This document shows positions 17,083 through 26,393 of a stretch of 32,000 bases of DNA, piece after piece (position 1 is the stretch's first letter; each line of letters starts with the position of its first letter). The position numbers were made by a program, and so were the translations under genes. This stretch comes from an uncultured bacterium (GTDB lineage Bacteria; Patescibacteriota; Gracilibacteria; UBA1369; PNNO01), in NCBI GenBank assembly GCA_963704705.1, contig OY969931.1, positions 30,001 through 62,000 on the forward strand, read 5' to 3'. A model generated the notes under the pieces. The model was not told where the DNA came from, made no database searches, and was given only the letters and a program-made list of their open reading frames with translations.

Positions 17083-18153
17083 TTGGAATTTCGATATACA
17101 CAAGCCAAAAAAACTAGGTCGCTGAAAATCGGCAATTTTGAAATAGGCGGAAACAATCCAATCGCGATTCAATCGATGACAACTACAAAAACACACGACT
17201 GGAAGTCTACAGTTGAACAATGTAAGGCACTCGAGCAAGAAAAATGCGATATAATTCGTATAGCCATACCTGATTTTGAAGCGGCAAAAGCTATCCCTAA
17301 AATAAAAGAACATATTAATATGCCGCTTGTTGCTGATATTCATTTTGATCACAATCTTGCAATTGAAGCACTTAAACAAGGAGCTGATAAAGTTCGTATA
17401 AATCCCGGTAATATAGGTTCAAAAGAAGGAATAGCGGAAATTGTAGAAGTTGCTAAAAAGCTAGATAAAGCAATTAGAATAGGTGTAAATTCCGGTTCAA
17501 TGGAAGAAGAAATTCTTGAAAAATATGGGCATCCCACAGCCCAGGCATTTGTTGAATCAGCCCTAAACAGCATTAGGTTCTGTGAAAATCTTGGATTTCA
17601 AAACATGGTTGTTTCACTTAAATCAACCGAAGTGCCCGACGCAATTGAAGCTTATAGATTATTTGCACAACAATCTGATTATCCGCTTCATGTTGGTATG
17701 ACTGAAGCAGGCACAATGATTCCGGGAATAACAAAAAACGCAATTGGTATTGCTACACTTTTGCAGGAAGGAATCGGTGACACAATTCGCGTTTCAATGA
17801 CCGAAGATCCGATTGACCAAGTTAAAACAGCTAAAGAAATTCTAAAATGTCTGCATTTATATGACAAAGAGCCAACCATTATTTCCTGCCCGACATGTGG
17901 CAGAACTGAAATTGATGTAAAAAAATTGTCGCTTGAAGTTACCCGCAGAACAGCGCATATAAATAAACCTTTAAAAATCACTGTGCTTGGCTGCGCTGTA
18001 AATGGGCCTGGCGAAGCAAAAGAAGCTGACTATGGAATTGCTGGCGGACGCGAAAAAGGAGTAATTTTTAAACAGGGAAAGATTTACAAAGTTGTTCCGG
18101 AGGCAGAGCTTCTTGATGAATTTATAAAGCTAATCGAATCTGAAAATGCCTAA
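17083..18153 (+). CDS. ispG: 4-hydroxy-3-methylbut-2-en-1-yl diphosphate synthase (TTG start)
   Basis: NPIAIQSMTTTKTHD, PLVADIHFDHNLA, KVRINPGNIG, IRIGVNSGSMEEEIL, HVGMTEAG, ISCPTCGRTEID, VLGCAVNGPGEAKEADYGIAGG. Confidence 0.96.
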   Translation: MEFRYTQAKKTRSLKIGNFEIGGNNPIAIQSMTTTKTHDWKSTVEQCKALEQEKCDIIRIAIPDFEAAKAIPKIKEHINMPLVADIHFDHNLAIEALKQGADKVRINPGNIGSKEGIAEIVEVAKKLDKAIRIGVNSGSMEEEILEKYGHPTAQAFVESALNSIRFCENLGFQNMVVSLKSTEVPDAIEAYRLFAQQSDYPLHVGMTEAGTMIPGITKNAIGIATLLQEGIGDTIRVSMTEDPIDQVKTAKEILKCLHLYDKEPTIISCPTCGRTEIDVKKLSLEVTRRTAHINKPLKITVLGCAVNGPGEAKEADYGIAGGREKGVIFKQGKIYKVVPEAELLDEFIKLIESENA

Positions 18154-19132
18154 AAATATAATAATTATTGGCTCAACAGGTTCAATTGGCACTCAGGCGC
18201 TTGATATTGTTCGATCAAATCCAGCTGATTTTTGTATAGTCGGACTTTCCGCGCATAGTAACAAAGAGCTTTTAGATAAACAAATAGCTGAATTTAAGCC
18301 TAAATACGGTGGTACGCTTTGCGGAAATGATCTAATTAAAATGGTTAGTCATCAAGATGTGGATATTGTTTTATTCGGATGCAGAGGGATCGACTTAATT
18401 AACGTGTTAAAAACAGCAATTAAAGCAGACAAACATATCGCGATTGCAAACAAAGAAATGATTGTTGAATTCGGAGACGAAATAATGCAGCTCGTAAAAA
18501 ATTCAAATTGCAAATTTATTCCGGTAGATTCCGAACACAACGCGATTTTCCAAATTTTAAAAGATCGCAAAAAACAAGATATAGAAAAAGTTGTACTCAC
18601 TTGTTCGGGCGGGCCTTTTTGGAATCGCGAGAATCTCGACAACATAACTATCGAAGAGGCTTTAAGCCATCCAAAATGGAAAATGGGCAGCTATATAACA
18701 ATAGACAGTGCAACTCTTATGAATAAAGCTATTGAAATAATTGAAGCCAAGTACTTATTTGGGTTGGACCCATCTCAAATAGAAGTTTTAATTCACCCTG
18801 AATGTTTGGTTCACGGTATTGTACATTTCAAGGACGGCAGTTCAATCGCACATATGGGATTTCCGGATATGCGCATACCGATTTCTTATGCACTTTATTA
18901 TCCCGAGGTAAAAATCAATAATTTTCCGCGATTTGCCTTGGCTAATCAGAGCCTTAGTTTTTATGAGCCAGATAATGAAAAATTCCCTTCAATAAAAATG
19001 GCGTATGACGCAATTGAAAGAAAAAAAGAAGCTGCTTTACGAAGAGCAAATGAACAGGCAGTGGAAAAATTTTTAAAGGGTGATATTACTTTCAGCGACA
19101 TATTTGAACAAGTTAAAAAATTGATCGAATAG
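18146..19132 (+). CDS. dxr: 1-deoxy-D-xylulose 5-phosphate reductoisomerase
   Basis: IIIGSTGSIGTQALDIVR, AIANKEMIVEFG, IPVDSEHNAIFQ, LTCSGGPF, HPKWKMGSYITIDSATLMNKAIEIIEAKYLFG, VLIHPECLVHGIVHFKDGS; overlaps ispG by 8 nt. Confidence 0.96.
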   Translation: MPKNIIIIGSTGSIGTQALDIVRSNPADFCIVGLSAHSNKELLDKQIAEFKPKYGGTLCGNDLIKMVSHQDVDIVLFGCRGIDLINVLKTAIKADKHIAIANKEMIVEFGDEIMQLVKNSNCKFIPVDSEHNAIFQILKDRKKQDIEKVVLTCSGGPFWNRENLDNITIEEALSHPKWKMGSYITIDSATLMNKAIEIIEAKYLFGLDPSQIEVLIHPECLVHGIVHFKDGSSIAHMGFPDMRIPISYALYYPEVKINNFPRFALANQSLSFYEPDNEKFPSIKMAYDAIERKKEAALRRANEQAVEKFLKGDITFSDIFEQVKKLIE

Positions 19133-19149
19133 CCTTTTTGTGGTATAAT
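19121..19149 (+). promoter_or_regulatory. putative sigma70-type promoter for the 19172 gene, embedded in the end of dxr
   Basis: TTGATC (19121-19126), 17-nt spacer, TATAAT (19144-19149) preceded by TGTGG. Confidence 0.65.
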
Positions 19150-19171
19150 TATACGAAAATAAAAAACAAAA

Positions 19172-19893
19172 ATGGCTACAGAAAATAGCGGTAATGAAAG
19201 GCAAAAACGATTCCACGATTTATCAATAGTCGGACAGTTTCATAATGCTCCTAAAATATTCGGCGAAAGAGTGGAATATCCTTTTATTGAAGATTTAAAT
19301 GTAAGAGAAATTCAAATGCAGACAATAGAAAGAGTAAATAATTTAACAAACAACAAGGAGGCACTAACTTCTTCGGACGGTCTGCATCTTTATAAAGTTA
19401 TGAAAGCAGCGATTGATACTTCACTCAACCCTGAAGCGCAAAATGATCCTGAAGAAAATAAAAACTTACCTTATGTAAGAAAAAAATCAAAGAATATTTT
19501 GCTAACGTATTAGATGATATTCAAAAGTATATCAGGACAATTCACGAAGGAGATAAAGCCGCTAAAAGCAGAAATCCTGAACGCACCGATCAGTCTGAGG
19601 CCAGAAGAAAAGCAGCACATAATCGATTAATGAGTGACATTAACACATTAAACAGGTCACTTATCTGGTGGTTTGGTAAAAACGAAATTGATCCCGGAGG
19701 GCTTCCTCCAAATTTAAGAGAAATGTATGAAAAACAGGAAGATACTTATATCAGCGACGAAGTTGAAAGAGTCGAAATCGGCCCAAATGGGATTTATCCT
19801 GCTACACTTAATACCAATGACCGAACACAAATCACTTATTGGGCTTTAAGAATTTATAAAGATCTGGCAAAGCTGGAGAATCAGTTAAGCTGA
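19172..19893 (+). CDS. uncharacterised protein encoded by two overlapping frames joined by an apparent -1 frameshift at A7 (19480-19486)
   Basis: The 19172..19513 frame reads ...NLPYVRKK|SKNILLTY*. The -1 frame from the A7 tract reads KIKEYFANVLDDIQKYIRTIHEGDKAAKSRNPERTDQSEARRKAAHNRLMSDINT... and continues into the listed 19630..19893 ORF without a stop. Confidence 0.6.
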
Positions 19894-20193
19894 TTGATCA
19901 AGCTGCCGCATGATAAGAGGGTAAATGATTAGATCATAAATATCCGAATCCGAACCAATAATTTTAACTTGAAGCAATGAGCCCGCTTTATCTTTGAATT
20001 TTTCAATAAGGCTATCCAGTCCTTCCAATGCTTTTGGATCAATTTTCTTATTATCCAGAATTTCACTAAAAATGCTGGCGCTTCTAATTGAAGCAATAAT
20101 TTTTGTTATTTCATATGCAATTTCCCTTATTTCTGCACCTTCAGGGTGAACAAGTAAAATATCGACAATTTTTTCAGCAGTTGATTCTGGCAT
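19885..20193 (-). CDS. hypothetical protein
   Basis: 102-aa ORF; convergent overlap with the preceding gene; coding-like composition. Confidence 0.6.
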   Translation of the reverse strand: MPESTAEKIVDILLVHPEGAEIREIAYEITKIIASIRSASIFSEILDNKKIDPKALEGLDSLIEKFKDKAGSLLQVKIIGSDSDIYDLIIYPLIMRQLDQSA

Positions 20194-20335
20194 AAATTGG
20201 AATTATTAGATTAACCTTATACTTAAAAACTGCTATTTTGTCAAATATTTTGTTTGCAAAATTAACAATATACGTGTCGAAGGTTGAAAATTTCGCTTTT
20301 TTATGCTATTATATAAAGATTTTTAATAAATCTTT

Positions 20336-21361
20336 ATGTCTGCCAAAGGTCCCAAAAACACAGGCCCGGAAACAGCACCTCAAACTGAAACTCTTGAAGA
20401 AAAAATTGAGAGAACAGCTGCCATGCGCGACGAAGTAACAAACAGACTGCTTTCAGAGCTTATTCCTGAAAATAAAAGTCCAAGAAAATTTATTACTGAT
20501 GCTTGTAAGTTTGCAGGGGTAAGACCTCCGCAGCCTCATGACAGATTGGCACCTTTCGTATTTCAACTTCAAAAAAATATTTGTAAATTTCCTGATATAG
20601 ACAACCCGGAAGGTTGTGACGGCAAATGCGGTCCAATAACTTTTAATAAATTAATTGAGCAAATACCCCAATTAAAAGTTTTTTCAAAAGAAGTAAGAGC
20701 TAGTCAGTTTAAAGATCAAAGACAGGAGCTGGCAGCAACAATGGGTTCATCCTTACCAAGCAATACACCTGAGAATAATCCGGAATTGCCTAAAATAAAA
20801 CCTGAAAATGCGATTACAATCGGAGATTCATTAACATATGGCGTAGGAAAATATTTTTATAAAGGTACAAATAAATTTGGTAAGTATAATCGTGAATACT
20901 TTAAAATCGGACGTAGCGTTGTTACCAGCAGAAAACTTTTGGAAAAACAGCTTCCTTTATTAAAAAACAAGCCGGCTTATACGGTTTGGCTCGGTACAAA
21001 TGATCTTGGATATCGCTCTGCTGAAAGCATTTTTAGTGAACTTGAAAAAATCTACACAATGCTTTTAGATAACAACCCAAATGGAAGGATAGTTGCAATA
21101 ACTTTGCTTCCGCATCCGAAGTATCAGCATAAAATTGAAGAGGTAAACCGAAGAATAAAAGAATTCGCACGCTCTCACTCAAATAATGTTTCGGTTATTG
21201 ATTTGCATGATCAGGTTGTCAGAGCACAGCAAAATGGCCACAGTGATATTTTTTATGGTGATCAGGTTCATATCAAAGAAAAATATTCCAAAGCAATTTC
21301 AGCAATGTTGAAAGACCACCTTGCAAGCAACCAAAATCGTGATTTAACAGATTACCTTTAG
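20336..21361 (+). CDS. SGNH/GDSL hydrolase with a possible peptidoglycan-binding-like N-terminal region
   Basis: SGNH blocks ITIGDSLTYGVG, VWLGTNDLGY, GDQVHIKEKYSKAI; N-terminal GCDGKCGPITFNKLIE resembles a PG_binding_1 core. Confidence 0.82.
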   Translation: MSAKGPKNTGPETAPQTETLEEKIERTAAMRDEVTNRLLSELIPENKSPRKFITDACKFAGVRPPQPHDRLAPFVFQLQKNICKFPDIDNPEGCDGKCGPITFNKLIEQIPQLKVFSKEVRASQFKDQRQELAATMGSSLPSNTPENNPELPKIKPENAITIGDSLTYGVGKYFYKGTNKFGKYNREYFKIGRSVVTSRKLLEKQLPLLKNKPAYTVWLGTNDLGYRSAESIFSELEKIYTMLLDNNPNGRIVAITLLPHPKYQHKIEEVNRRIKEFARSHSNNVSVIDLHDQVVRAQQNGHSDIFYGDQVHIKEKYSKAISAMLKDHLASNQNRDLTDYL

Positions 21362-21378
21362 TAATATATAATCTGGTC

Positions 21379-22323
21379 ATGATTAAAACTGTAATCGGGA
21401 TTATTTCGTATAACGACATGCATTATCTAAAAAAGACTTTGCCTGTTTTAAGCGAACTTCCGAATTCAAAAATTGTGATCCTGGACAATGCGCACAATGA
21501 TGACGTGCAAAAACTGATTAACCGAAATTATCCTCAAATCGATTATATTAGACATTCCGAAGGCAACCTTGGGTTTGGCCGCGGACATAATTATATTGTG
21601 CTTAAATCCCCTGTTTCGGATTATTATTTTTGTTTAAATAACGACATTCTAATTGAACCCGAGGTATACACTAAGTGTGTAGGCCATCTTGATTCCCATA
21701 AAGATGTTTGCATGGTTTCTGCCAAGCTCTACCATTGGGATTTTGACAAAGATAAAAAAACCAGAATTATAGATACTTTGGGCATTGTTGGTAATTACGC
21801 TCACCATTTTTGGGATCGCGGACAGGGTAAAATTGATACTGGTCAATATGACGATTCAATTAATCGAGTGTTCGGTATTTCCGGTGCGGCTTTTTTTATC
21901 AGACGAAACTGCATTCCAAAACTTCATGAAACATCAAACCAAATTTTTGATGAAAACTTTTTTATGTATAAAGAAGATATTGACCTTGCTTACAGAATGA
22001 GATGGCAGGATATGAGGATGGATTTTTTACCTTATGTACTTGGTTATCATGATCGGACAGTCAGCAAAAATAAAAAGAAATCATTGTTTGAAGCAAGCCA
22101 AAGCTATAAAAATCACTTAATTTTATTACGAAATAACTTTAGCTCTAAATATTCTTTTGCAATTAAATATCAAACATTTTTTTATGAATGTTTTAAGGTT
22201 ATCTTTAATTTGTTCAGGTGTCCAAAAGTATTGAAAGAATTAAAAAACGCATTTAAGATTAAGATTCAAAAATCAAAACGAACAATCTCACCCGGTAAAA
22301 TGAAAAAATATTTTCTTAAATAA
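21379..22323 (+). CDS. family 2 glycosyltransferase (rhamnosyltransferase-like)
   Basis: VIGIISYNDMHYLKKTLPVL, NSKIVILDNAHND, GNLGFGRGHNY, YFCLNNDILIEP, FMYKEDIDLAYRMRWQ. Confidence 0.88.
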   Translation: MIKTVIGIISYNDMHYLKKTLPVLSELPNSKIVILDNAHNDDVQKLINRNYPQIDYIRHSEGNLGFGRGHNYIVLKSPVSDYYFCLNNDILIEPEVYTKCVGHLDSHKDVCMVSAKLYHWDFDKDKKTRIIDTLGIVGNYAHHFWDRGQGKIDTGQYDDSINRVFGISGAAFFIRRNCIPKLHETSNQIFDENFFMYKEDIDLAYRMRWQDMRMDFLPYVLGYHDRTVSKNKKKSLFEASQSYKNHLILLRNNFSSKYSFAIKYQTFFYECFKVIFNLFRCPKVLKELKNAFKIKIQKSKRTISPGKMKKYFLK

Positions 22324-22329
22324 TCAAAG

Positions 22330-23130
22330 ATGAATGACCTTGCGATTGTGATATTGCATTACAATACACCTGATGATGTAACCAAAAATTTCCTTGCATT
22401 TCAAAATGCCGAGCTGCCTGAAAAAACAGAATTTGTGTGTGTAAATAATGGAGGAAACAATGCAAATGACAACATCAACCCAAAGTCATACGAAGGTTTA
22501 AATGTTAAATTTTTTGATATACCAAACAAGGGATTTCCGCAAGGCAATAACTATGGAATTGATCATACAGATGCCAAAATAATATCTATGGTTAATCCGG
22601 ATATCGAAGTGGAACCAAACACTTTTAAAATCATACTCGATTACCTAAAAAATCATCCGAAAGTCGGAATTGTTTCTCCGCGTCTTATTTATCCTGATGG
22701 TTCAACGCAGGATAATTACAGAACTTTCCCTAAGTGGTATGACCTTATAATTAAAAGAATTCCAATACTCAGAAAAATGTTTTTGCACAGAATGCGCGAG
22801 TATTTATTGTGGGAAAAAGACCCTAATATAAACGAACCGGTTGATTGGACAACCGGAGCTTTCCAGGTGGTAACCCGAGAGTGCTGGGATCGCTGCGGTC
22901 CTAATAATGAAGATTATTTTTTATTTATGTCTGACCTTGAACTTTGTTGGGAGGCATGGGAAAAGGGCTTCCAGGTGCATTTTGTTGGCCAGGCAAAAGC
23001 AAAACATAATGATACACGTTTATCGCAGGGTGGCATTAAAGATATTTTCAAAAAGAAAACAATGCGGATCCACATAAAAGACGCATATACATATTTTAAA
23101 AAATATAAGGGGAAAAAGTTCCCAAGATAA
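22330..23130 (+). CDS. family 2 glycosyltransferase
   Basis: IVILHYNTPDDV, CVNNGGNN, NKGFPQGNNYGIDHTDAKIISMVNPDIEVEPN, WTTGAFQVVTRECWDRCG, FLFMSDLELCWEAWEKG. Confidence 0.9.
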   Translation: MNDLAIVILHYNTPDDVTKNFLAFQNAELPEKTEFVCVNNGGNNANDNINPKSYEGLNVKFFDIPNKGFPQGNNYGIDHTDAKIISMVNPDIEVEPNTFKIILDYLKNHPKVGIVSPRLIYPDGSTQDNYRTFPKWYDLIIKRIPILRKMFLHRMREYLLWEKDPNINEPVDWTTGAFQVVTRECWDRCGPNNEDYFLFMSDLELCWEAWEKGFQVHFVGQAKAKHNDTRLSQGGIKDIFKKKTMRIHIKDAYTYFKKYKGKKFPR

Positions 23131-23132
23131 AT

Positions 23133-23161
23133 TTGACAAAACTTATTAAAATATGTTTATA
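23133..23161 (+). promoter_or_regulatory. putative sigma70-type promoter for 23190..23564
   Basis: TTGACA (23133-23138), 17-nt spacer, TTTATA (23156-23161), with overlapping TATAAC. Confidence 0.5.
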
Positions 23162-23189
23162 TAACTAGCCTTTAATTAATCTAAATAAA

Positions 23190-23564
23190 ATGGCTAAACT
23201 ATTTGATGGTGAATGTGTAAATTCCGAATGCCCGCAAGCTAATGTAAAAGTTGAAACTTGGGGTGCTGGTGTGGATAATTCCACGCATAGAATAATTGGT
23301 TCCGAATGCGATCATTGCAGAGAAAGACTTCAGCATGTGTTAGCGCCATTAAGAATTATTGATAAATCCGGCAGTAAACATTGTAAAGATGGGGAACATG
23401 GAGAAGAAGTCTTTTTTGAATGTTCATCCCCAAGTAATTCACCCCACCCTAAACCAGGTGACACAATTATTGTTCCGGTTTCAGCGAAAACAAGCGATGG
23501 AAAGATAATTAAAGGTCCTGCAATTTGTACAGTCACCAGAGTCGAAGATAAAAATTCAAATTAA
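23190..23564 (+). CDS. small cysteine-rich (putative zinc-binding) hypothetical protein
   Basis: 124 aa with CVNSEC, CDHC and CKDGEHGEEVFFEC clusters. Confidence 0.65.
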   Translation: MAKLFDGECVNSECPQANVKVETWGAGVDNSTHRIIGSECDHCRERLQHVLAPLRIIDKSGSKHCKDGEHGEEVFFECSSPSNSPHPKPGDTIIVPVSAKTSDGKIIKGPAICTVTRVEDKNSN

Positions 23565-23574
23565 CTTTCTATGC

Positions 23575-23937
23575 ATGCACCCTGACTTAAAATTAAAAGA
23601 CTTATTTGAAACTCTTATAAGAAAAGATGCCGCAAGTAAAGAGGCTGAAGATCCGGCTGCTGAAACATTTTTTGAATTGGAAGTCGCTCGTTTAACAGAT
23701 GAATTTCAGGGACGATGCATGGCTTTATTATCTGCAGTGCTTGAAATAGGTGATTATAAGTCAATTGTCCGTTATTTTGAATTGATTGAAGCATCTGTCT
23801 CTTCGGAATTTGTCACCCGGGTTTATACAGATTTATTTAAAATGCTTATAAAAGATGTACTTTTTAGAGCGGATCCAGCGATAAAGAAATTGATAATCGA
23901 ACAATTAAAGCTTTTTGGTGAGTCTACTGAAAAATAA
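23575..23937 (+). CDS. hypothetical alpha-helical protein
   Basis: 120-aa ORF starting 10 nt after the previous gene. Confidence 0.6.
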   Translation: MHPDLKLKDLFETLIRKDAASKEAEDPAAETFFELEVARLTDEFQGRCMALLSAVLEIGDYKSIVRYFELIEASVSSEFVTRVYTDLFKMLIKDVLFRADPAIKKLIIEQLKLFGESTEK

Positions 23938-23973
23938 TGGTAATATGGATTGGTATTTTAAGAATCCATATTT

Positions 23974-25332
23974 ATGAATTACGATCCCACCCGTCTTGAT
24001 GAGCTTAAATCCAAACTTGCAAAGCGCCCTGAAAATCTTACCGAAATCGGTATTAAGGATATTTTTGTTGGACCTGGTTTAAGAAATGACGTATCGAAAT
24101 TTATTCCACGTGGTTCTAAAGTGCTTTTGGTGATGGGTGATACTGATATGTTTGTTGATGATGAAAAAATTAAAGTAACGATTGAGAATAATTTAAAACG
24201 AGATTTTAAAGATTTAAAAAAATTTGTTTTTCAGAATCCGCATGCTGATTTTGAAAACGCAGGAAAGGTTAAAGCAGAGTTGGCTCCGGAAACAGTTGTG
24301 GTTTCAATTGGCTCAGGAACCATAACCGATATATGCAAACATGCCTGCTATATGTTCCAGGAAGAATCAGCTTGCGAACCTTTAAGATTTATTGTTGTTC
24401 AAACCGCCAACACTGTTACCGCATTTACCTCAAACATCGCAGTGTTATTAAAAGACGGGGTTAAGCGAACTTATCCTTCGCGCTATCCTGATTATGTTAT
24501 CAGTGATACTGAGATTTTACGCGATGCCCCTTATAAATTAACACAGGCTGGATTTGGAGATTTGATTGCACGTTATGTTTCATATCCTGATTGGTATTTG
24601 GGATACTCCGTTAAAAATCTCGCAATTTATAACGAAGTACCAAAAGAATTGCTTGATGATTCATTGGAGTGGCTTGTTGATAATGCCAATAAAGTGGCTG
24701 AGCGAGAACCTGACGCACTTGAGATTTTAACCAAAGCTTTGCTTAACGCAGGTATATCAATGTCTATAGTTGGTATGAGTACGCCAATAAGCGGATATGA
24801 ACATGTTATCTCGCATGTTCTTGATATGAAGGCAGGGATTGATGGCCGCGAAACTGATCTGCACGGAATTCAGGTAGGGATTGCATCAGTTTTATCAGCA
24901 TATGTTTATGAAGAATTGCTGATGATGAATGAATTAAATCTGAAGTTTCCGGAATGGACGGAAATTGAAAATCAAATCAGGAGGAATTTTTCCGATGCAG
25001 GTTTTAATAAGGGTTCAATTTTGGAAATGATTTCGGATTATAAAATAAAATTTGAAAAATGGATCTCGAATCGTGAAGAAATTTTAAAATGGGCAGCTGG
25101 CTGGTCACAAGAAAAATCAAAAATTTTTGGACTGATCAAAACCGGAGATGAATTAAAATCAGCTATCCAAAAAATCAAAATTAATATTGATCTTGATGAA
25201 GACTGGAAGCTGGCATTTATGAATGCACACTTCATTCGGCGCAGATTCACGGTAGCTGATTTGCTTTATTTCATGGGAAAACTCGATAGTGACTTATACG
25301 CGCGGGTGGTCAGGCGAATAGGCAATGGGTAG
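23974..25332 (+). CDS. glycerol-1-phosphate dehydrogenase-like (AraM/EgsA, Fe-ADH superfamily)
   Basis: VVSIGSGTITDICKHACY, IVVQTANTVTAFTSNIAVLLKDGVKRTYPSRYPDYVISDTEILRDAPYKLTQAGFGDLIARYVSYPDW, SGYEHVISHVLDM, LHGIQVGIASVL (putative metal-binding D/H/H). Confidence 0.82.
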   Translation: MNYDPTRLDELKSKLAKRPENLTEIGIKDIFVGPGLRNDVSKFIPRGSKVLLVMGDTDMFVDDEKIKVTIENNLKRDFKDLKKFVFQNPHADFENAGKVKAELAPETVVVSIGSGTITDICKHACYMFQEESACEPLRFIVVQTANTVTAFTSNIAVLLKDGVKRTYPSRYPDYVISDTEILRDAPYKLTQAGFGDLIARYVSYPDWYLGYSVKNLAIYNEVPKELLDDSLEWLVDNANKVAEREPDALEILTKALLNAGISMSIVGMSTPISGYEHVISHVLDMKAGIDGRETDLHGIQVGIASVLSAYVYEELLMMNELNLKFPEWTEIENQIRRNFSDAGFNKGSILEMISDYKIKFEKWISNREEILKWAAGWSQEKSKIFGLIKTGDELKSAIQKIKINIDLDEDWKLAFMNAHFIRRRFTVADLLYFMGKLDSDLYARVVRRIGNG

Positions 25333-25337
25333 CCAAT

Positions 25338-25392
25338 GTATACTTAGTGTATACCCGACGTGTACCCTGATGATACCCGGTGTATATCCGAT
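25338..25392. repeat. five degenerate 11-nt tandem repeat units (consensus about GTATACCCGAT)
   Basis: GTATACTTAGT / GTATACCCGAC / GTGTACCCTGA / TGATACCCGGT / GTATATCCGAT starting at 25338, 25349, 25360, 25371 and 25382. Confidence 0.7.
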
Positions 25393-25472
25393 GAACAGAC
25401 AGATGAATTTGCTTGAGAAGTCGCTCGGGATTTGTTAGTATTTCTAGGTTAAAAAATTTAATAAATTTTATT

Positions 25473-26393
25473 ATGGAAGAATACGACATTATAATAATCG
25501 GTGCTGGTGTTGCCGGACTAAGTGCTTCACTTTATGCTGCGCGCGGAGGAGCCAAGGCGGTTGTTTTTGAAAAAGAAGCACCCGGCGGCCAGCTTTTATT
25601 AACTGATAATATTGAAAATTATCCGGGTATTGAAGAAATTGGCGGAGTTGATCTTGCTCAAAAATTGATGAAACATGCAGAAAAGTTTGGAGGTCAGATT
25701 AAATATGAAGGAGTTCAGGAATTGGAACCACACGACGACCATGTTGTTGTAAAAACTAAAAGTGCTGAATATAAAGCTAAATATGTAATAGTCGGGCTAG
25801 GTTCAAATCCAAGAAAACTTGGCGTGCCCGGCGAAGATGAATACAGAGGCAAGGGTGTTTCTTATTGTGCAACTTGCGATGGCGCATTTTATAAAGATCA
25901 GGAATGTGTAATTGTGGGCGGCGGGGATAGTGCTCTTGATGAAGGAATCGCACTTACAAAACATGCAAGTAAAGTTACTATTGTTCACAGACGCGATGAA
26001 TTCACTGCTGAACAATATCTTCAGGATCTCGCTGAAAAGAACGATAAAATTGAATTTAAATTTGATCACGAAGTTAAAGAAATCCGCGGAGGTGAAGACG
26101 GCAAAGTTGACCGGGTACTTTTATATGATAATAAAAACGATAAAGAATATGATTATCCCTGCAAAGGCGTATTTGTATTTATCGGCTATACTCCGCGTTC
26201 AGAACTTGTTGAAGGCAAAGTGGATTTGGATAATGGATATGTAAAAGTTAATGCTCAAATGCAAAGCTCTCATCCGCGAATTTTTGCTGCAGGCGATATA
26301 AGAGTTGACGCAGTAAAACAGGTAATTGCTTCAGGTGGCGATGGTGCAACAGCTGCAATTTATGCGATGCATAATTTAAGGAAAGAAAAGTAG
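25473..26393 (+). CDS. trxB: thioredoxin reductase
   Basis: YDIIIIGAGVAGLSASLYAARGGAK, PGGQLLLTDNIENYPG, YCATCDGAFY, VIVGGGDSALDEGIALTKHASKVTIVHRRDE, GVFVFIGYTPRSELVEG, IFAAGDIRVDAVKQVIASGGDGATAA; internal ATG preferred over the 25413 start. Confidence 0.96.
   Translation: MEEYDIIIIGAGVAGLSASLYAARGGAKAVVFEKEAPGGQLLLTDNIENYPGIEEIGGVDLAQKLMKHAEKFGGQIKYEGVQELEPHDDHVVVKTKSAEYKAKYVIVGLGSNPRKLGVPGEDEYRGKGVSYCATCDGAFYKDQECVIVGGGDSALDEGIALTKHASKVTIVHRRDEFTAEQYLQDLAEKNDKIEFKFDHEVKEIRGGEDGKVDRVLLYDNKNDKEYDYPCKGVFVFIGYTPRSELVEGKVDLDNGYVKVNAQMQSSHPRIFAAGDIRVDAVKQVIASGGDGATAAIYAMHNLRKEK

Noticed and set aside
25413-25472. 20-residue N-terminal extension of trxB in the ORF track
   Set aside because: MRSRSGFVSISRLKNLINFI has no homology and precedes the conserved start MEEYDIIIIGAG.
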